Assembly (NCBI GenBank): GCA_944323745.1
Contig: CALUTQ010000001.1
Span: 484,863 to 548,862 of the forward strand
DNA from: Candidatus Avelusimicrobium pullarium
GTDB lineage: Bacteria > Elusimicrobiota > Elusimicrobia > Elusimicrobiales > Elusimicrobiaceae
DNA: 64,000 bases
Direction: 5' to 3'
Shown: positions 17,800 through 27,677 of the stretch, piece by piece
Position numbering within the stretch: the first letter of the stretch is position 1
Layout: the number at the start of each line of letters is the position of its first letter
The notes under the pieces: generated by a model
The model's database searches: none
Seen by the model: the letters and a program-made list of their open reading frames with translations, nothing else
Told to the model about the DNA's origin: nothing
Translations under genes and position numbers: made by a program

Positions 17800-19932
17800 C
17801 TAAAAACTGGTGGGCTGGGTGCCTTTTTTAAATGCTTCCAAAAATTTATTCGGGTCGGTAGGCGTAGCCAGTTTGCCCGTGTTGGGGTTGATGTAGGCAA
17901 AGGAAATACCTTCCGGCACGGGGAAGTCGTCCTTGGGTTCGTCCTTTAAAATTTGCTCCATAATGTCAGTCCACCAACGGGCGGTGGTGCTGCCCTGCCA
18001 TTGGTATTTTTCTTGCGAGGTGTCGTCGTCATAGCCCATCCAGGCGGCTGCGGCAATACGCGGGGTCATACCCACAAACCACATATCGCGGTGGCTTTGG
18101 GTGGTGCCGGTTTTGCCGGCCAGCGGGCGGCCCAAACGGCTGGCGGCGCGGCCGCTGCCGTTTTGCACGACGCCCTTCATCATATTAATAAGCAAAAAGG
18201 AATCTTGCGGGGTAAAAGCTTCACTTTCCTGCGGGATGTGTTCTTCCAAAATGCGGCCGTTGTTGTCTTCCACGCGTTCAATGTAATAGTTGTCTGTGTG
18301 GATGCCGCCGTTGGCAAACGTAGTCAGCGCGGCCAAATGTTCATCCATATGCAGCACATTTACGCCCAGCGCCAAGGCCGGCACATTGGGCAGCGGGCCG
18401 GTAAGGCCGGCTTTGCGCGCCACATTGATTACTTTGCGCGGGCCGATGGCGTCAATTAAGTTGACGGCCACCAAATTTTTTGACTTTTCCAAGGCGCGGC
18501 GCAGGGTAATCCAGCCTTCGTTGCGGCCGCCCAGGTTTTGCGGTGCCCATACGTTAAAAGATTTATTGGCAATAAAAGACTGGGAGGCTAACTCCAGCGA
18601 ATATAAATCGGCATTTTCGTCAAATGTATGCCAGTTGCGCCCGTCAAAATAGAACATACTGGGCAGGTCTTTTACCAGTGTAGCCGGCGTATAGCCCTGC
18701 TGCAGGGCCGCCATCCACACATAAGGTTTAAAGGAAGAACCCGGCTGGCGGTTGGCTTGCGTGGCGCGGTTGAATTTGCTGTCTGTAAAGCTGCGCCCGC
18801 CAATCAGCACGCGCACGGCGCCGCTTTTTACGTCGCGCACCATAAAGGCGCCCTGCAAACGCGGAAAGTCCGGCAATTCTTCTCCTTCGGTGTTGGGGTC
18901 TTCGGCTTCTACTTTGTCCACTTCGGCGTCGGGGTCTTCGGGTTCAATTTCTATGCCCAAGCCTTTGGCCACCACCATATCCAACTCGTTGAGCTTTTGG
19001 TTCATAATTTCTTCGGCAATGGCTTGTTGGTCAATGTCTACGGTGGTATAAATGTTTAAGCCGCCTTTCCACAAAGTTTCCGTGCCGTATTTGGGCTCTA
19101 AAATACGCCGCACCTGTTCAATAAAATACAGGCCCGGTTTTTCGCCTTCCGGCGTGGGTTCTTTTTCAGGCAGCGGCTCTGCCTTGGCGGTTTCCAAATC
19201 TTCTTTGGTGATATAGCCCTGTTCGTACATTACCTGCAGCACCAAATCGCGCCGCGCTTTGGCGCGTTCGGGGTTGGCAAAGGGGTTATAGTTGCCGGGG
19301 GAAGGAATGAGCCCCACGATAAGGGCCGCCTCGCCGGTGGTAAGTTCGGACAGTTCCTTGTTAAAATAGCGTTTGGCCGCGGCCTTTACGCCATAGGCCC
19401 CGCTGCCGAGGTAAATTTCGTTTAAATACAGCTGCAAAATTTCCGGCTTGCTGAAACGGTGTTCTATTTGCACGGCCAAAATAATTTCGCGTATTTTGCG
19501 GATAATCTTTTTCTGCTGGGTCAAAAACACACCGCGCGAAAGCTGCTGCGTAAGCGTAGAGCCGCCCTGCTTGGCGCTGCCGCTTAGAACGTCGTGCATT
19601 AAAGCGCGCAGAATGCCGCGTACGGAAAAACCGGCGTGTTCAAAAAAGTCGCGGTCTTCCATAGCTACCACGCCGTTTTGCAGGTCTACGGGAATTTCTT
19701 CCAGCGGCACCATACTGCGTTTTTCTATGGAAAATTCGTGAATAAGCTTGCCGTTGCGGTCAAAAACTTTGGTGGTTAAAGAGGGGGTATATTCCTCCAT
19801 TTCATAGACGGGAGGAATGCCCGAAAAAATGTAGCGCATAAATACCGCGCCGCCGATAATGCATACAAAAAGCCCGGCCAGGACGCAGTATAAAAAGAAT
19901 TTGGATGTTAAAAATTTGCCTATATTTCTCAT
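17800..19932 (-). CDS. penicillin-binding protein 1A (bifunctional glycosyltransferase/transpeptidase)
   Basis: GT51 motifs EDRDFFEHAGF, GGSTLTQQ, RKIREI. Transpeptidase motifs SSFKP, SKN, KTGTT. The likely start is MRNIGKF (ATG at 19932), downstream of the track start at 20013. Confidence 0.85.
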   Translation of the reverse strand: MRNIGKFLTSKFFLYCVLAGLFVCIIGGAVFMRYIFSGIPPVYEMEEYTPSLTTKVFDRNGKLIHEFSIEKRSMVPLEEIPVDLQNGVVAMEDRDFFEHAGFSVRGILRALMHDVLSGSAKQGGSTLTQQLSRGVFLTQQKKIIRKIREIILAVQIEHRFSKPEILQLYLNEIYLGSGAYGVKAAAKRYFNKELSELTTGEAALIVGLIPSPGNYNPFANPERAKARRDLVLQVMYEQGYITKEDLETAKAEPLPEKEPTPEGEKPGLYFIEQVRRILEPKYGTETLWKGGLNIYTTVDIDQQAIAEEIMNQKLNELDMVVAKGLGIEIEPEDPDAEVDKVEAEDPNTEGEELPDFPRLQGAFMVRDVKSGAVRVLIGGRSFTDSKFNRATQANRQPGSSFKPYVWMAALQQGYTPATLVKDLPSMFYFDGRNWHTFDENADLYSLELASQSFIANKSFNVWAPQNLGGRNEGWITLRRALEKSKNLVAVNLIDAIGPRKVINVARKAGLTGPLPNVPALALGVNVLHMDEHLAALTTFANGGIHTDNYYIERVEDNNGRILEEHIPQESEAFTPQDSFLLINMMKGVVQNGSGRAASRLGRPLAGKTGTTQSHRDMWFVGMTPRIAAAAWMGYDDDTSQEKYQWQGSTTARWWTDIMEQILKDEPKDDFPVPEGISFAYINPNTGKLATPTDPNKFLEAFKKGTQPTSF

Positions 19933-20086
19933 TATCTTAATTATACCAAACTTGGGCGGATGACGCCCTTGGCGCAACGCGTGTTTTGCGGCCCGCCGGT
20001 GCGCAAAGCCCAAAAGGACAGAGAATCTTGTGGAAAAGAGGTAAAAAAATAGTAAAATCTAACTATCCTATTTTGAGGGGAGAACT

Positions 20087-21196
20087 ATGGCCCGGTCAGA
20101 AGAACCGAAAAAGAGCTGTATTTATCCGTGTCCGGACGAATGTGCCGAAACGGCTTTGTTCGTGGGCGACTCCGAGGCCGTTTCTTCCGTCAAAGAACAG
20201 GGCGTGGAAGGCTATGACCTGGTGTATATAGCCGACACCCGCGATAAACAGGTTTTTATGTTCGGCAAACCCAAAGGTTTTGCCGTGCAGGACGTAACGG
20301 ATGCCGGCCAGCCCGTGCATCAACAGGCGTACGAAAAAGCTTGCCGCGGGGAAGCGGTCCGCTATGAGTGGAGCGTAAGCAAAGGCAAAGATACGTGCTT
20401 TTTTCAGTCCACGCTTCTTCCGCTGCGCGACAGCGCCGGCCGCGTGGGCAGCGTGCTGGGGCTGGTTAAAAACATTACCTCTTGGGCGTATAAATACGGC
20501 CATACCCATTTTTTAAAAGAAGTAGGCGGACGAACGTTTGCGCAGTTGCTGTTGATGACACGGGAACAGGAACGCAAAAAAATATCTTCGGCCCTGCACG
20601 ATGAAATTGGCTCTGCGGCTGTTATTTTAACCTCTCTTTTGAGTATGGTCAAACAAAGCGTGCAAACCGGAGACAAAAAACAAGCTTTAAAAGACATTGC
20701 CGATTTGGACACGCAAATTAAAAATTGCATTGAGCGCGTTAAAAATATCGTGGTCAGCCTGCGGCCGCCTAATCTGGATACGGTTACGCTGGCCGATGCC
20801 GTGCAGGAATTGCTGGACAATGTAACCCATTATAAAGGCATTAAACATACTTTTAAAGCGCAGACCGACGACGATATGCCCGTGTCGGACGAAGTAAAAA
20901 TTGTGTTATACCGCGTAGCGCAGGAAAGCCTCAATAACGTGATTAAACATTCGGGCGCCACCCGCGTGGACGTGGAAATTAAACAGGGAGAAAAAGACGT
21001 ATTGCTGCGCGTGCGCGACAACGGCAAAGGTTTTGTGCAGTCTTCCCAGCAGTCTATTGAACATATTGGCCTTTTGTCTATGCGCGACAGTGTGGCCTAT
21101 TTGGGCGGAAAATTTACAATAAAAAGCGAACCTGGCAAAGGCACCGTGATAGAAGCAAAGTGCCCAAAGGTCGTGTATGGGGTGAACAGGATATGA
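20087..21196 (+). CDS. soluble sensor histidine kinase (HisKA_3/NarX-type) with N-terminal CxxxCxxxC and PAS-like region
   Basis: H-box HDEIGSAA, N-box LNNVIKHSGA, G1 DNGKGF. No TM segments visible. CIYPCPDEC at residues 11-19. Confidence 0.8.
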   Translation: MARSEEPKKSCIYPCPDECAETALFVGDSEAVSSVKEQGVEGYDLVYIADTRDKQVFMFGKPKGFAVQDVTDAGQPVHQQAYEKACRGEAVRYEWSVSKGKDTCFFQSTLLPLRDSAGRVGSVLGLVKNITSWAYKYGHTHFLKEVGGRTFAQLLLMTREQERKKISSALHDEIGSAAVILTSLLSMVKQSVQTGDKKQALKDIADLDTQIKNCIERVKNIVVSLRPPNLDTVTLADAVQELLDNVTHYKGIKHTFKAQTDDDMPVSDEVKIVLYRVAQESLNNVIKHSGATRVDVEIKQGEKDVLLRVRDNGKGFVQSSQQSIEHIGLLSMRDSVAYLGGKFTIKSEPGKGTVIEAKCPKVVYGVNRI

Positions 21197-21840
21197 GCAT
21201 AAAAGTGGTATTGGCAGACGATCACGCCATCGTGCGTGACGGCGTACGCGCCGTGCTGGAACGCAAAGGAAAAGATATGCAGGTGGTGGCCGAAATTTCC
21301 AACGGGAAAGAACTGGTGGAATGGGCCGCCAAAAACGATGCCGACGTGTACGTTGTTGATATTTCTATGCCCATTTTAAACGGGGTGGAAGCTACGCAGC
21401 GGCTGGTTAAAATGAAACCCGATGCCAAAGTGGTCATTTTAAGTATGTATGATGACCGCCTTTCCGTGGAAAAGGCCCTAAAGGCCGGCGCCAAGGGGTT
21501 TATTGTCAAAGTGTCCACCGCCGACGAAATTGTGGACGCTATTAATGAAGTGGCCGCCGGACGTTTTTATTTGTGCAGCAAAGTATCCAAATACATCGTG
21601 CAAGGCTTCTTGGGCAAAACCTCGCCGCGCAAGCGCGACGTAACAGGCCTTACCCCGAAGGAAAAAGAAGTGCTGCAGCTGATTGCCGAAGGGTACAGCA
21701 GCAAACAGATTGCCAAAACGTTCAACCTTTCTTTAAACACGATTCACGTGCACCGCAACAACATTATGAAAAAGCTCGGCATTCATAAACAAGCCGAACT
21801 GGTGCGCTATGCCATTAAGGAAGGCATTGCCCAACTGTAA
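21193..21840 (+). CDS. response regulator, NarL/LuxR family
   Basis: Receiver domain (LADDH, VYVVDISMP). C-terminal LuxR HTH (LTPKEKEVLQLIAEGYSSKQIA). ATG at 21193 overlaps the kinase stop (ATGA). Confidence 0.85.
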   Translation: MSIKVVLADDHAIVRDGVRAVLERKGKDMQVVAEISNGKELVEWAAKNDADVYVVDISMPILNGVEATQRLVKMKPDAKVVILSMYDDRLSVEKALKAGAKGFIVKVSTADEIVDAINEVAAGRFYLCSKVSKYIVQGFLGKTSPRKRDVTGLTPKEKEVLQLIAEGYSSKQIAKTFNLSLNTIHVHRNNIMKKLGIHKQAELVRYAIKEGIAQL

Positions 21841-21848
21841 GGAAAAAT

Positions 21849-22430
21849 ATGCGTATTATTGCCGGAACGGCCAGAGGAAGAAAGATTTTTTCCGTCTCTA
21901 AAAATTTGCCCGTAAAACCCATTTCGGACCGGATAAAACAGTCCGTATTTGACATTTTGCGCCCGCGTCTTTCGGGGGCGATGTGGCTGGATCTGTTTGC
22001 CGGAACGGGCAATGTTTCTTTGGAGGCGCTTTCCCGCGGGGCCGTGCGGGTGGTGAGCGTAGACCGCGAGCCCGCCTGCATTAAAAACATTCACCGCAAT
22101 TTAGCCCACTTGGGCTTTGAAGACCGCGCCCGCGTAATTAAAGGGGACGTGCTCAAACCGCTGGACTATTTGCTTTCTTACAGCGATAACGAAGGCTACG
22201 ACATTATTTTTATGGGGCCTCCGTACCGCGACCAAAACAACAAAATGCTGGCTTTGTCCGAACCGGCGCTGCAAAATGTGGCTTCGGCCGGCCTTTTGGC
22301 CCCGAAAGGCATTATCGTATTGCAAACCCATAAGACGGAAGAATTTGCCGTGCCGGACGGGCTGGAAATTTTCCGCGTGGAAAAATACGGCGACACGCTG
22401 GTGCACTTTTTGCAACACAAGGAAAAATAA
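21849..22430 (+). CDS. rsmD: 16S rRNA (guanine966-N2)-methyltransferase
   Basis: MRIIAGTARGRKI N-terminus, SAM motif LDLFAGTGNVSLEALSRGA, catalytic GPPY. Confidence 0.8.
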   Translation: MRIIAGTARGRKIFSVSKNLPVKPISDRIKQSVFDILRPRLSGAMWLDLFAGTGNVSLEALSRGAVRVVSVDREPACIKNIHRNLAHLGFEDRARVIKGDVLKPLDYLLSYSDNEGYDIIFMGPPYRDQNNKMLALSEPALQNVASAGLLAPKGIIVLQTHKTEEFAVPDGLEIFRVEKYGDTLVHFLQHKEK

Positions 22431-22431
22431 A

Positions 22432-23196
22432 ATGTACAGCGACGTACACGAACTTAATTACTCCAAAATAAAAACCTATCTGGAATGTCCGCTTCTGTAT
22501 AAATACAAATATATGGACGGCCGCAAAGAAGGGCTGGTGCCGGCGTCTTCGCTGGGGGTGTCTTTGCACCGCACGCTGGAAGAATACCACCGCAACAGCA
22601 ATGACCCTTCCGAACTGCTTTCTTATTATGACGACTGCTGGCTTGGGGCCGGTTACACCAGTGCAGCGGAGCAAATGGAGTATTACCTTAAAGGCAAAAA
22701 AATGCTGGAGGTGTACGCCCAGCACGAGTACGAACGCAAAACCACGGTAGACAGCACCGAACGGGAGTTTATTTTTCAGGAAGGGGAATGGACGCTGCGC
22801 GGCAAAATAGACCGCATAGACAAACACCCCGACGGCTCTTGGGAAGTGATAGATTATAAAACCGGTGACGATATTGATTTTGACGCCGCGGTGACGGGCT
22901 CTTTACAGTTAGGCATTTACGCCGTAGGTGCGCGGCGGGCCTGGAATTTGCAGAAAGGCAAAGCCACGTTTTATTTTACCGCCTTTGACAAAACGGTCAG
23001 CGCCCCGTTTGACGCCTTTGACGAAAAAGCCATTCTGGATAAATTTATAGAAGTGGGCAAAAAAATAGAAGCCGGCCTTTTTGAGCCCAATTTAGACCAT
23101 TGCAAAGACTGTGCCTTCCGCAACCGGTGTGAAAAGTCTTCTTGCCCCGATGAAGAACCTGCCGCACCTGACTTTAGCGGCAATACACCCGCCTAG
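22432..23196 (+). CDS. PD-(D/E)XK nuclease, Cas4/AddB-nuclease-like with 4-Cys cluster
   Basis: N-terminal ECP Cys, GKIDRID...VIDYKTG nuclease core, C-terminal CKDCAFRNRC. ATG at 22432 lies 1 nt after the rsmD stop. Confidence 0.7.
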   Translation: MYSDVHELNYSKIKTYLECPLLYKYKYMDGRKEGLVPASSLGVSLHRTLEEYHRNSNDPSELLSYYDDCWLGAGYTSAAEQMEYYLKGKKMLEVYAQHEYERKTTVDSTEREFIFQEGEWTLRGKIDRIDKHPDGSWEVIDYKTGDDIDFDAAVTGSLQLGIYAVGARRAWNLQKGKATFYFTAFDKTVSAPFDAFDEKAILDKFIEVGKKIEAGLFEPNLDHCKDCAFRNRCEKSSCPDEEPAAPDFSGNTPA

Positions 23197-23411
23197 TTTC
23201 TTACTTGTCAAATATAAAACGCAAGGAGCGTAAAGCCCTGGCGTTTTTTTATGTTTAAAACAGCGCTTTGTAGCAAAAATAGGCCTTATTTACTGTGTAA
23301 AATGGGCATAAAGACCCTGTTTTTTAAATGTTTTAAAATCTATACTAATTAGGAATACAAATAAAAAAGCCTAAAAAACAGTTTGTGAAACTGATAAAGC
23401 GGAGCAAAAAT

Positions 23412-24650
23412 ATGCTTAAAAAATGGGTTATAGCGGCATTCTTATTAACGGGTATTTTTCCGCAGGTTTGGGCATATGGCCATTTGGGCAATTTGTTTTT
23501 GTGGGAAAATAATCAGAATACACCCAATACAAAGTATTTAAGCTATAAATTTATCCATCAGAAAGAAATTTCTTTCTGCACCAAAGGCTCTCCGGAAGAT
23601 TGGCAAAAGCCCATTTCGGCGGAAGTGTTATCGCGCTATTTTCAGGCGGCTTTTTGGGAATGGACCCGCGGCACCGCCCAATACTTACGCCAAAGTGGGC
23701 GCGGAGAGGAATTTGCCGATGTGATTGCTTTGTTGGAAAAACCTTTTAAATTAGTAGATTTGGGCGTTTGCCAAAAAGAAATGTCTGTGAGGCCGGATAT
23801 TGAAATTTCCGCTTCTTCTTCTTTTCAAAACAAAACGGCGGCTTATTATAACCAGTCCGGAATGCGTTTTGGCGGGGACAGCCACATTCGTTTTCTTAGT
23901 CCGTCGCTTAAAACAAGCGAGGACTTGCTCCCCCGAAAACGCAATTTGGTAGAAGCGTATATACAAAGCGCTGCCGAAGGAACCCCCAAGCCTGCCGGCA
24001 TTACATTAGATGACATTACGCAAAACCAGGCGGAGCGCGTGGTAATTGGCAAATGGACGGCAAAAGATAATTACCGGCGCAAATATCACAACCAGCTTTT
24101 TACCACGATGCTGCACGAAGTCGGCCACGCTTTTGGCCTGACTGATCAAGACAAACAGCTCCGTTCCGTTCAGTCGTCCCCGGGGCCGCTAAGCCAATAT
24201 GGCGCCCACGGTGAACAAAGACAGGTGTTTCGCACACCATACATTTCTTACGGTTTGATGTCGTTTAATTTCTATTATGCCCGCCGCACGGCCGACGACG
24301 TAATGGGTTTGATTACGATTTTTGACCGTTTCACGGGTACAAAACGCATTATTTATCCGCTTTTGTCAGACCAAAAAAAACCGGAAGTGGGTGCTATTGT
24401 CTTCGGGCAATATAAATATCCTCCGCTTAAAAAAGGGAAAGGGGCTTTGCGTCTTTTCAAAAAATATTTCACCGCTAATGATTATCCTCTTTTCAATTTG
24501 CGCGCATACGGGCCAAAAGTGTTTGTGCGTGAGTTTTCCCCCGTGGAGGGCTATCCGGCTAAATACCGTCGTTTGTCAGCCGCGCAAAAAAAAGAGGTAG
24601 AAAATTTCAAGCGGCAATTAGCGGAACAATTACAAAAAGAACAAAAATAA
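23412..24650 (+). CDS. secreted zinc metalloprotease, matrixin/snapalysin-like (HEVGHAFGLTD)
   Basis: Signal peptide MLKKWVIAAFLLTGIFPQVWA. HExxHxxGxxD motif, downstream GLMSF (candidate Met-turn), ADDVMGL. GGAG RBS before the ATG at 23412. The gene looks AT-richer than its neighbours. Confidence 0.55.
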   Translation: MLKKWVIAAFLLTGIFPQVWAYGHLGNLFLWENNQNTPNTKYLSYKFIHQKEISFCTKGSPEDWQKPISAEVLSRYFQAAFWEWTRGTAQYLRQSGRGEEFADVIALLEKPFKLVDLGVCQKEMSVRPDIEISASSSFQNKTAAYYNQSGMRFGGDSHIRFLSPSLKTSEDLLPRKRNLVEAYIQSAAEGTPKPAGITLDDITQNQAERVVIGKWTAKDNYRRKYHNQLFTTMLHEVGHAFGLTDQDKQLRSVQSSPGPLSQYGAHGEQRQVFRTPYISYGLMSFNFYYARRTADDVMGLITIFDRFTGTKRIIYPLLSDQKKPEVGAIVFGQYKYPPLKKGKGALRLFKKYFTANDYPLFNLRAYGPKVFVREFSPVEGYPAKYRRLSAAQKKEVENFKRQLAEQLQKEQK

Positions 24651-24680
24651 AAAACCCCGCGGCGTAAACCGCGGGGTTTT
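24651..24680. terminator. bidirectional terminator (protease / thrC)
   Basis: A5-CCCCGCGG-CGTAAA-CCGCGGGG-T4. Confidence 0.75.
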
Positions 24681-24694
24681 GTTACAGCCCAAAC

Positions 24695-25936
24695 TTATTT
24701 CATAAGGCCTTTCTTTTTCAGCTCCGCCCGAACCGCTTCCATATTGGCGGGGATGACATCGGGTTTATTGACTGATTTAAGTGCACTGTCTATGTCCTTT
24801 AAGCCGTTGCCGCCGATGACCAAAACCACTGTTTCGTCCCGTTCAATTTTGCCTTCGGCAGCCAGTTTTTTAAGCGCCGCATACACCGCCGCGCCGGCTG
24901 GCTCTGCAAAAATATTGGCTTTGCGTGCCAGTTCCGGGATGGCTTTGATGATCTCTTCATCCGTTACCGTTAAAGCAAATCCGTTAGATTCTTCCAACGC
25001 CTGTAAGGCCAGTTGGGCATCGCGCGGGTAGCTGACCAAAATGCTGTCCGCCACTGTGTGGGCCTGCACGGGGGTCACTTCCATATTATGTTCAAACGCC
25101 TGTTTAATGGCGGCGCTGCCGGAGGCCTGTACGGCAATCATTTGCGGCATACGTTCTATAATGCCCAGTTTGTTGAAATCTACAAAGCCTTTCCATAAAC
25201 CGCTCAGCACGGTGCCGTCCCCCACGGCCACAATTACTTTGTCCGGGGCTTCCCATTCCAATTGCTCGCAGATTTCAAAGGCGCAGGTCTTTTTGCCTTC
25301 GCGGGTATAGGGGTTGAAGCCAGCCGCACGGGAATACCAGCCGTTTTCTTCCACGGCTTTGCGGCAAAGGTCAAATGCGTCGTCGTAGGTGCCTTCCACG
25401 TTAATCACTTCCGCCCCGTATACCAAAAGCTGTACCAATTTGGGTTCCGGTACGGAGGTGGGGGTAAAAATGACCGATTTCATCGGTAAACTGGCCGTTA
25501 AGCAGGCCAAAGAGTCGCTGGCGTTGCCGGTGGAAGCGTCGGCAATGACTTCTTTATCCAGTTCCAACGCGCGGGCCACGGCCACGGCGCTGCCGCGGTC
25601 TTTAATGGAACCGGTCGGGTTGCGCCCTTCGTCTTTAATCAGCAGGGTGGAAATGTCCAGTTCGTGGGCCAGCTCTTTGCAATTGTACATCGGTGTCCAG
25701 CCAACGTGTACGTGGGGCACTTTGTCGTGGTCGTTAATGGGCAGCAAGTCCATATAACGCCACATATCAAAATGGGTATTGTCTTTTAATTTGCTGATAC
25801 TGAAACGGCGGGAAATTAATTTATAGTCGTAATTAACTTCCAAATTACCGCCGCAGGCGGTGCAGACAAAGTCGGCCTCGCTGGTTTTATGTTCTTTTCC
25901 GCAGTTGATACACTGCAAGTTTAATATCTTTTTCAT
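24695..25936 (-). CDS. thrC: threonine synthase (PLP-dependent, with N-terminal zinc ribbon)
   Basis: 413 aa. CINCGKEH...CTACGG ribbon, PLP-lysine motif TGSIKDRG, fold-type II pattern. Confidence 0.8.
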   Translation of the reverse strand: MKKILNLQCINCGKEHKTSEADFVCTACGGNLEVNYDYKLISRRFSISKLKDNTHFDMWRYMDLLPINDHDKVPHVHVGWTPMYNCKELAHELDISTLLIKDEGRNPTGSIKDRGSAVAVARALELDKEVIADASTGNASDSLACLTASLPMKSVIFTPTSVPEPKLVQLLVYGAEVINVEGTYDDAFDLCRKAVEENGWYSRAAGFNPYTREGKKTCAFEICEQLEWEAPDKVIVAVGDGTVLSGLWKGFVDFNKLGIIERMPQMIAVQASGSAAIKQAFEHNMEVTPVQAHTVADSILVSYPRDAQLALQALEESNGFALTVTDEEIIKAIPELARKANIFAEPAGAAVYAALKKLAAEGKIERDETVVLVIGGNGLKDIDSALKSVNKPDVIPANMEAVRAELKKKGLMK

Positions 25937-26832
25937 TTCGTTTCTTGTAGCGGCCGTACGGGCTTTTGAATAAGGAACAAGCTGACAAAAATGAGTACCA
26001 GCCCCGCAATTTCATTTGTGCCCGGAAAACGGCCAAAGGCAATCATATCGCTGGCCATAGCCACCACCGGGGTAAAGTAGGTAACAGACGCCATACGCGT
26101 GGCGCCCCAGCGGCGAATTAACGCCACCATAAGCAAAAAGGCCACCGCGGAGGAAAAAATACCGGCGCTGGCAATGGAAATAATTACTTTAGGTGTAAAA
26201 GAAGCTGCCGCCGGCACCGGTTCCAAAACAAAAGAAACAAGCAACAGTACGACGGCCGAAAAAAGGTATTGGTGAAACGTATTGGCTTCCGGCGCCACGC
26301 TGGTATTGTCTACCATAATTTTTTTGGTCAGCACATTGCCCAAGCTGTAAGACCACGCCATCAGCAGGAAAGCAAAGCAACCGTAGAGCACATTCGGGTC
26401 CGATCCCAGCTGCAGCGAAGGCCACATAATAATCAGCAGGCCGGCCAGCCCGACCAATACGCCTACGGCTCTGCGCCAGGTAAAACGGTCCACCCCCTTT
26501 AGCAGCACCGCTCCGGCAATAAAAGACCACAAAGGCACCGTACCGTTAAAAATACCGCCTATCGTGGGTGCCACAAAGCGCTGTCCCCAGGAAATGGCCG
26601 CAAACGGGAACAAAATAAGCAAAAAACCGATGGTCCACGGGCGCCACAGCTCTTTAACGGGGCAGCGCAGGTTTTTGCGCTGCACGCCGTATAAAATAAT
26701 AAAGAAAATCAACCCCGCCAGCACGCGGTAAAAAGTGCCCCAGTAAGGCGGCAGGACGTCTACAATATTTTTGGTGGCCAAGAAAGCCGTACCCCAACAC
26801 AAAGCCAAACAAAACGCCAGCAAATAACTCAT
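25933..26832 (-). CDS. EamA/DMT family transporter
   Basis: 299-aa protein with ~10 TM helices and two EamA-like halves. 4-nt overlap with thrC. Confidence 0.7.
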   Translation of the reverse strand: MSYLLAFCLALCWGTAFLATKNIVDVLPPYWGTFYRVLAGLIFFIILYGVQRKNLRCPVKELWRPWTIGFLLILFPFAAISWGQRFVAPTIGGIFNGTVPLWSFIAGAVLLKGVDRFTWRRAVGVLVGLAGLLIIMWPSLQLGSDPNVLYGCFAFLLMAWSYSLGNVLTKKIMVDNTSVAPEANTFHQYLFSAVVLLLVSFVLEPVPAAASFTPKVIISIASAGIFSSAVAFLLMVALIRRWGATRMASVTYFTPVVAMASDMIAFGRFPGTNEIAGLVLIFVSLFLIQKPVRPLQETK

Positions 26833-26894
26833 TGCATCCTCCTCGTCTATTCTTTCATTATATAAAATTCATTCCGTTTGTCCGTGTCGGCCGG

Positions 26895-27677
26895 TTAATG
26901 CAAGTGCCAGTACCAGCCGATAATCACTAGCCCCAAAAGCAAGCGGTAAATGACAAACACGTTAAAACTGTGCGTTTTAATGTATTTCATTAAACAGCCG
27001 ATGACCACCAACGCGCCCGCAAACGCGCTGATAAAGCCCCACATAAGCGGGCCGTTTATTTCCGCCCAGCTCAAGCGGGACAGCTCCAGCACGGCCGCTC
27101 CGCCGATGACGGGGGCGGATAGCAAAAAAGAGATGCGCGCGCTTTGACTTCTGGAAAACCCCAAAAACAAAGCCGCCGTAATGGTAATGCCGCTGCGCGA
27201 AACCCCCGGCATTAAGGCCAGTGCTTGTGCGCAGCCGATGATAAGCAGATTTTTCAGGTTAATATCGGCTTGGTCTTTATCGCCGGCTTTGCGGTCGGCC
27301 AGCCACAAAATAACGGCAAATATCATCAGGCAGGCGGCAATCATCAGCGGGTTTCTAAACGCGGTTTCTATCCAGTCTTGCAATAATACGCCCGCCAGTC
27401 CCGCCGGCACGGTGGCCAAAGCCAGCAGCCACAAGGTTTTGCCCTCTTGGCTGGTCGGCTTGGTCAGCCCGTTTTTAATAATGTAAAACCAATCTTTGGA
27501 AAAATATAAAATGACGGCCAGCAGCGTAGCCAAATGCAGCATTACGTCAAAGGTTACGCCTTGGTATTGTTCCCCGCGGAAGAACGGCAGCAGCACCAAA
27601 TGAGCCGAGCTGGATATGGGCAAAAATTCGCCCAACGCTTGCAAAAGTCCTAATAAAACGGCGTCCGAAATCGTCAT
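26895..27677 (-). CDS. uppP: undecaprenyl-diphosphate phosphatase
   Basis: 260 aa. BacA motifs LPISSSAHL and PGVSRSG. Confidence 0.85.
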   Translation of the reverse strand: MTISDAVLLGLLQALGEFLPISSSAHLVLLPFFRGEQYQGVTFDVMLHLATLLAVILYFSKDWFYIIKNGLTKPTSQEGKTLWLLALATVPAGLAGVLLQDWIETAFRNPLMIAACLMIFAVILWLADRKAGDKDQADINLKNLLIIGCAQALALMPGVSRSGITITAALFLGFSRSQSARISFLLSAPVIGGAAVLELSRLSWAEINGPLMWGFISAFAGALVVIGCLMKYIKTHSFNVFVIYRLLLGLVIIGWYWHLH

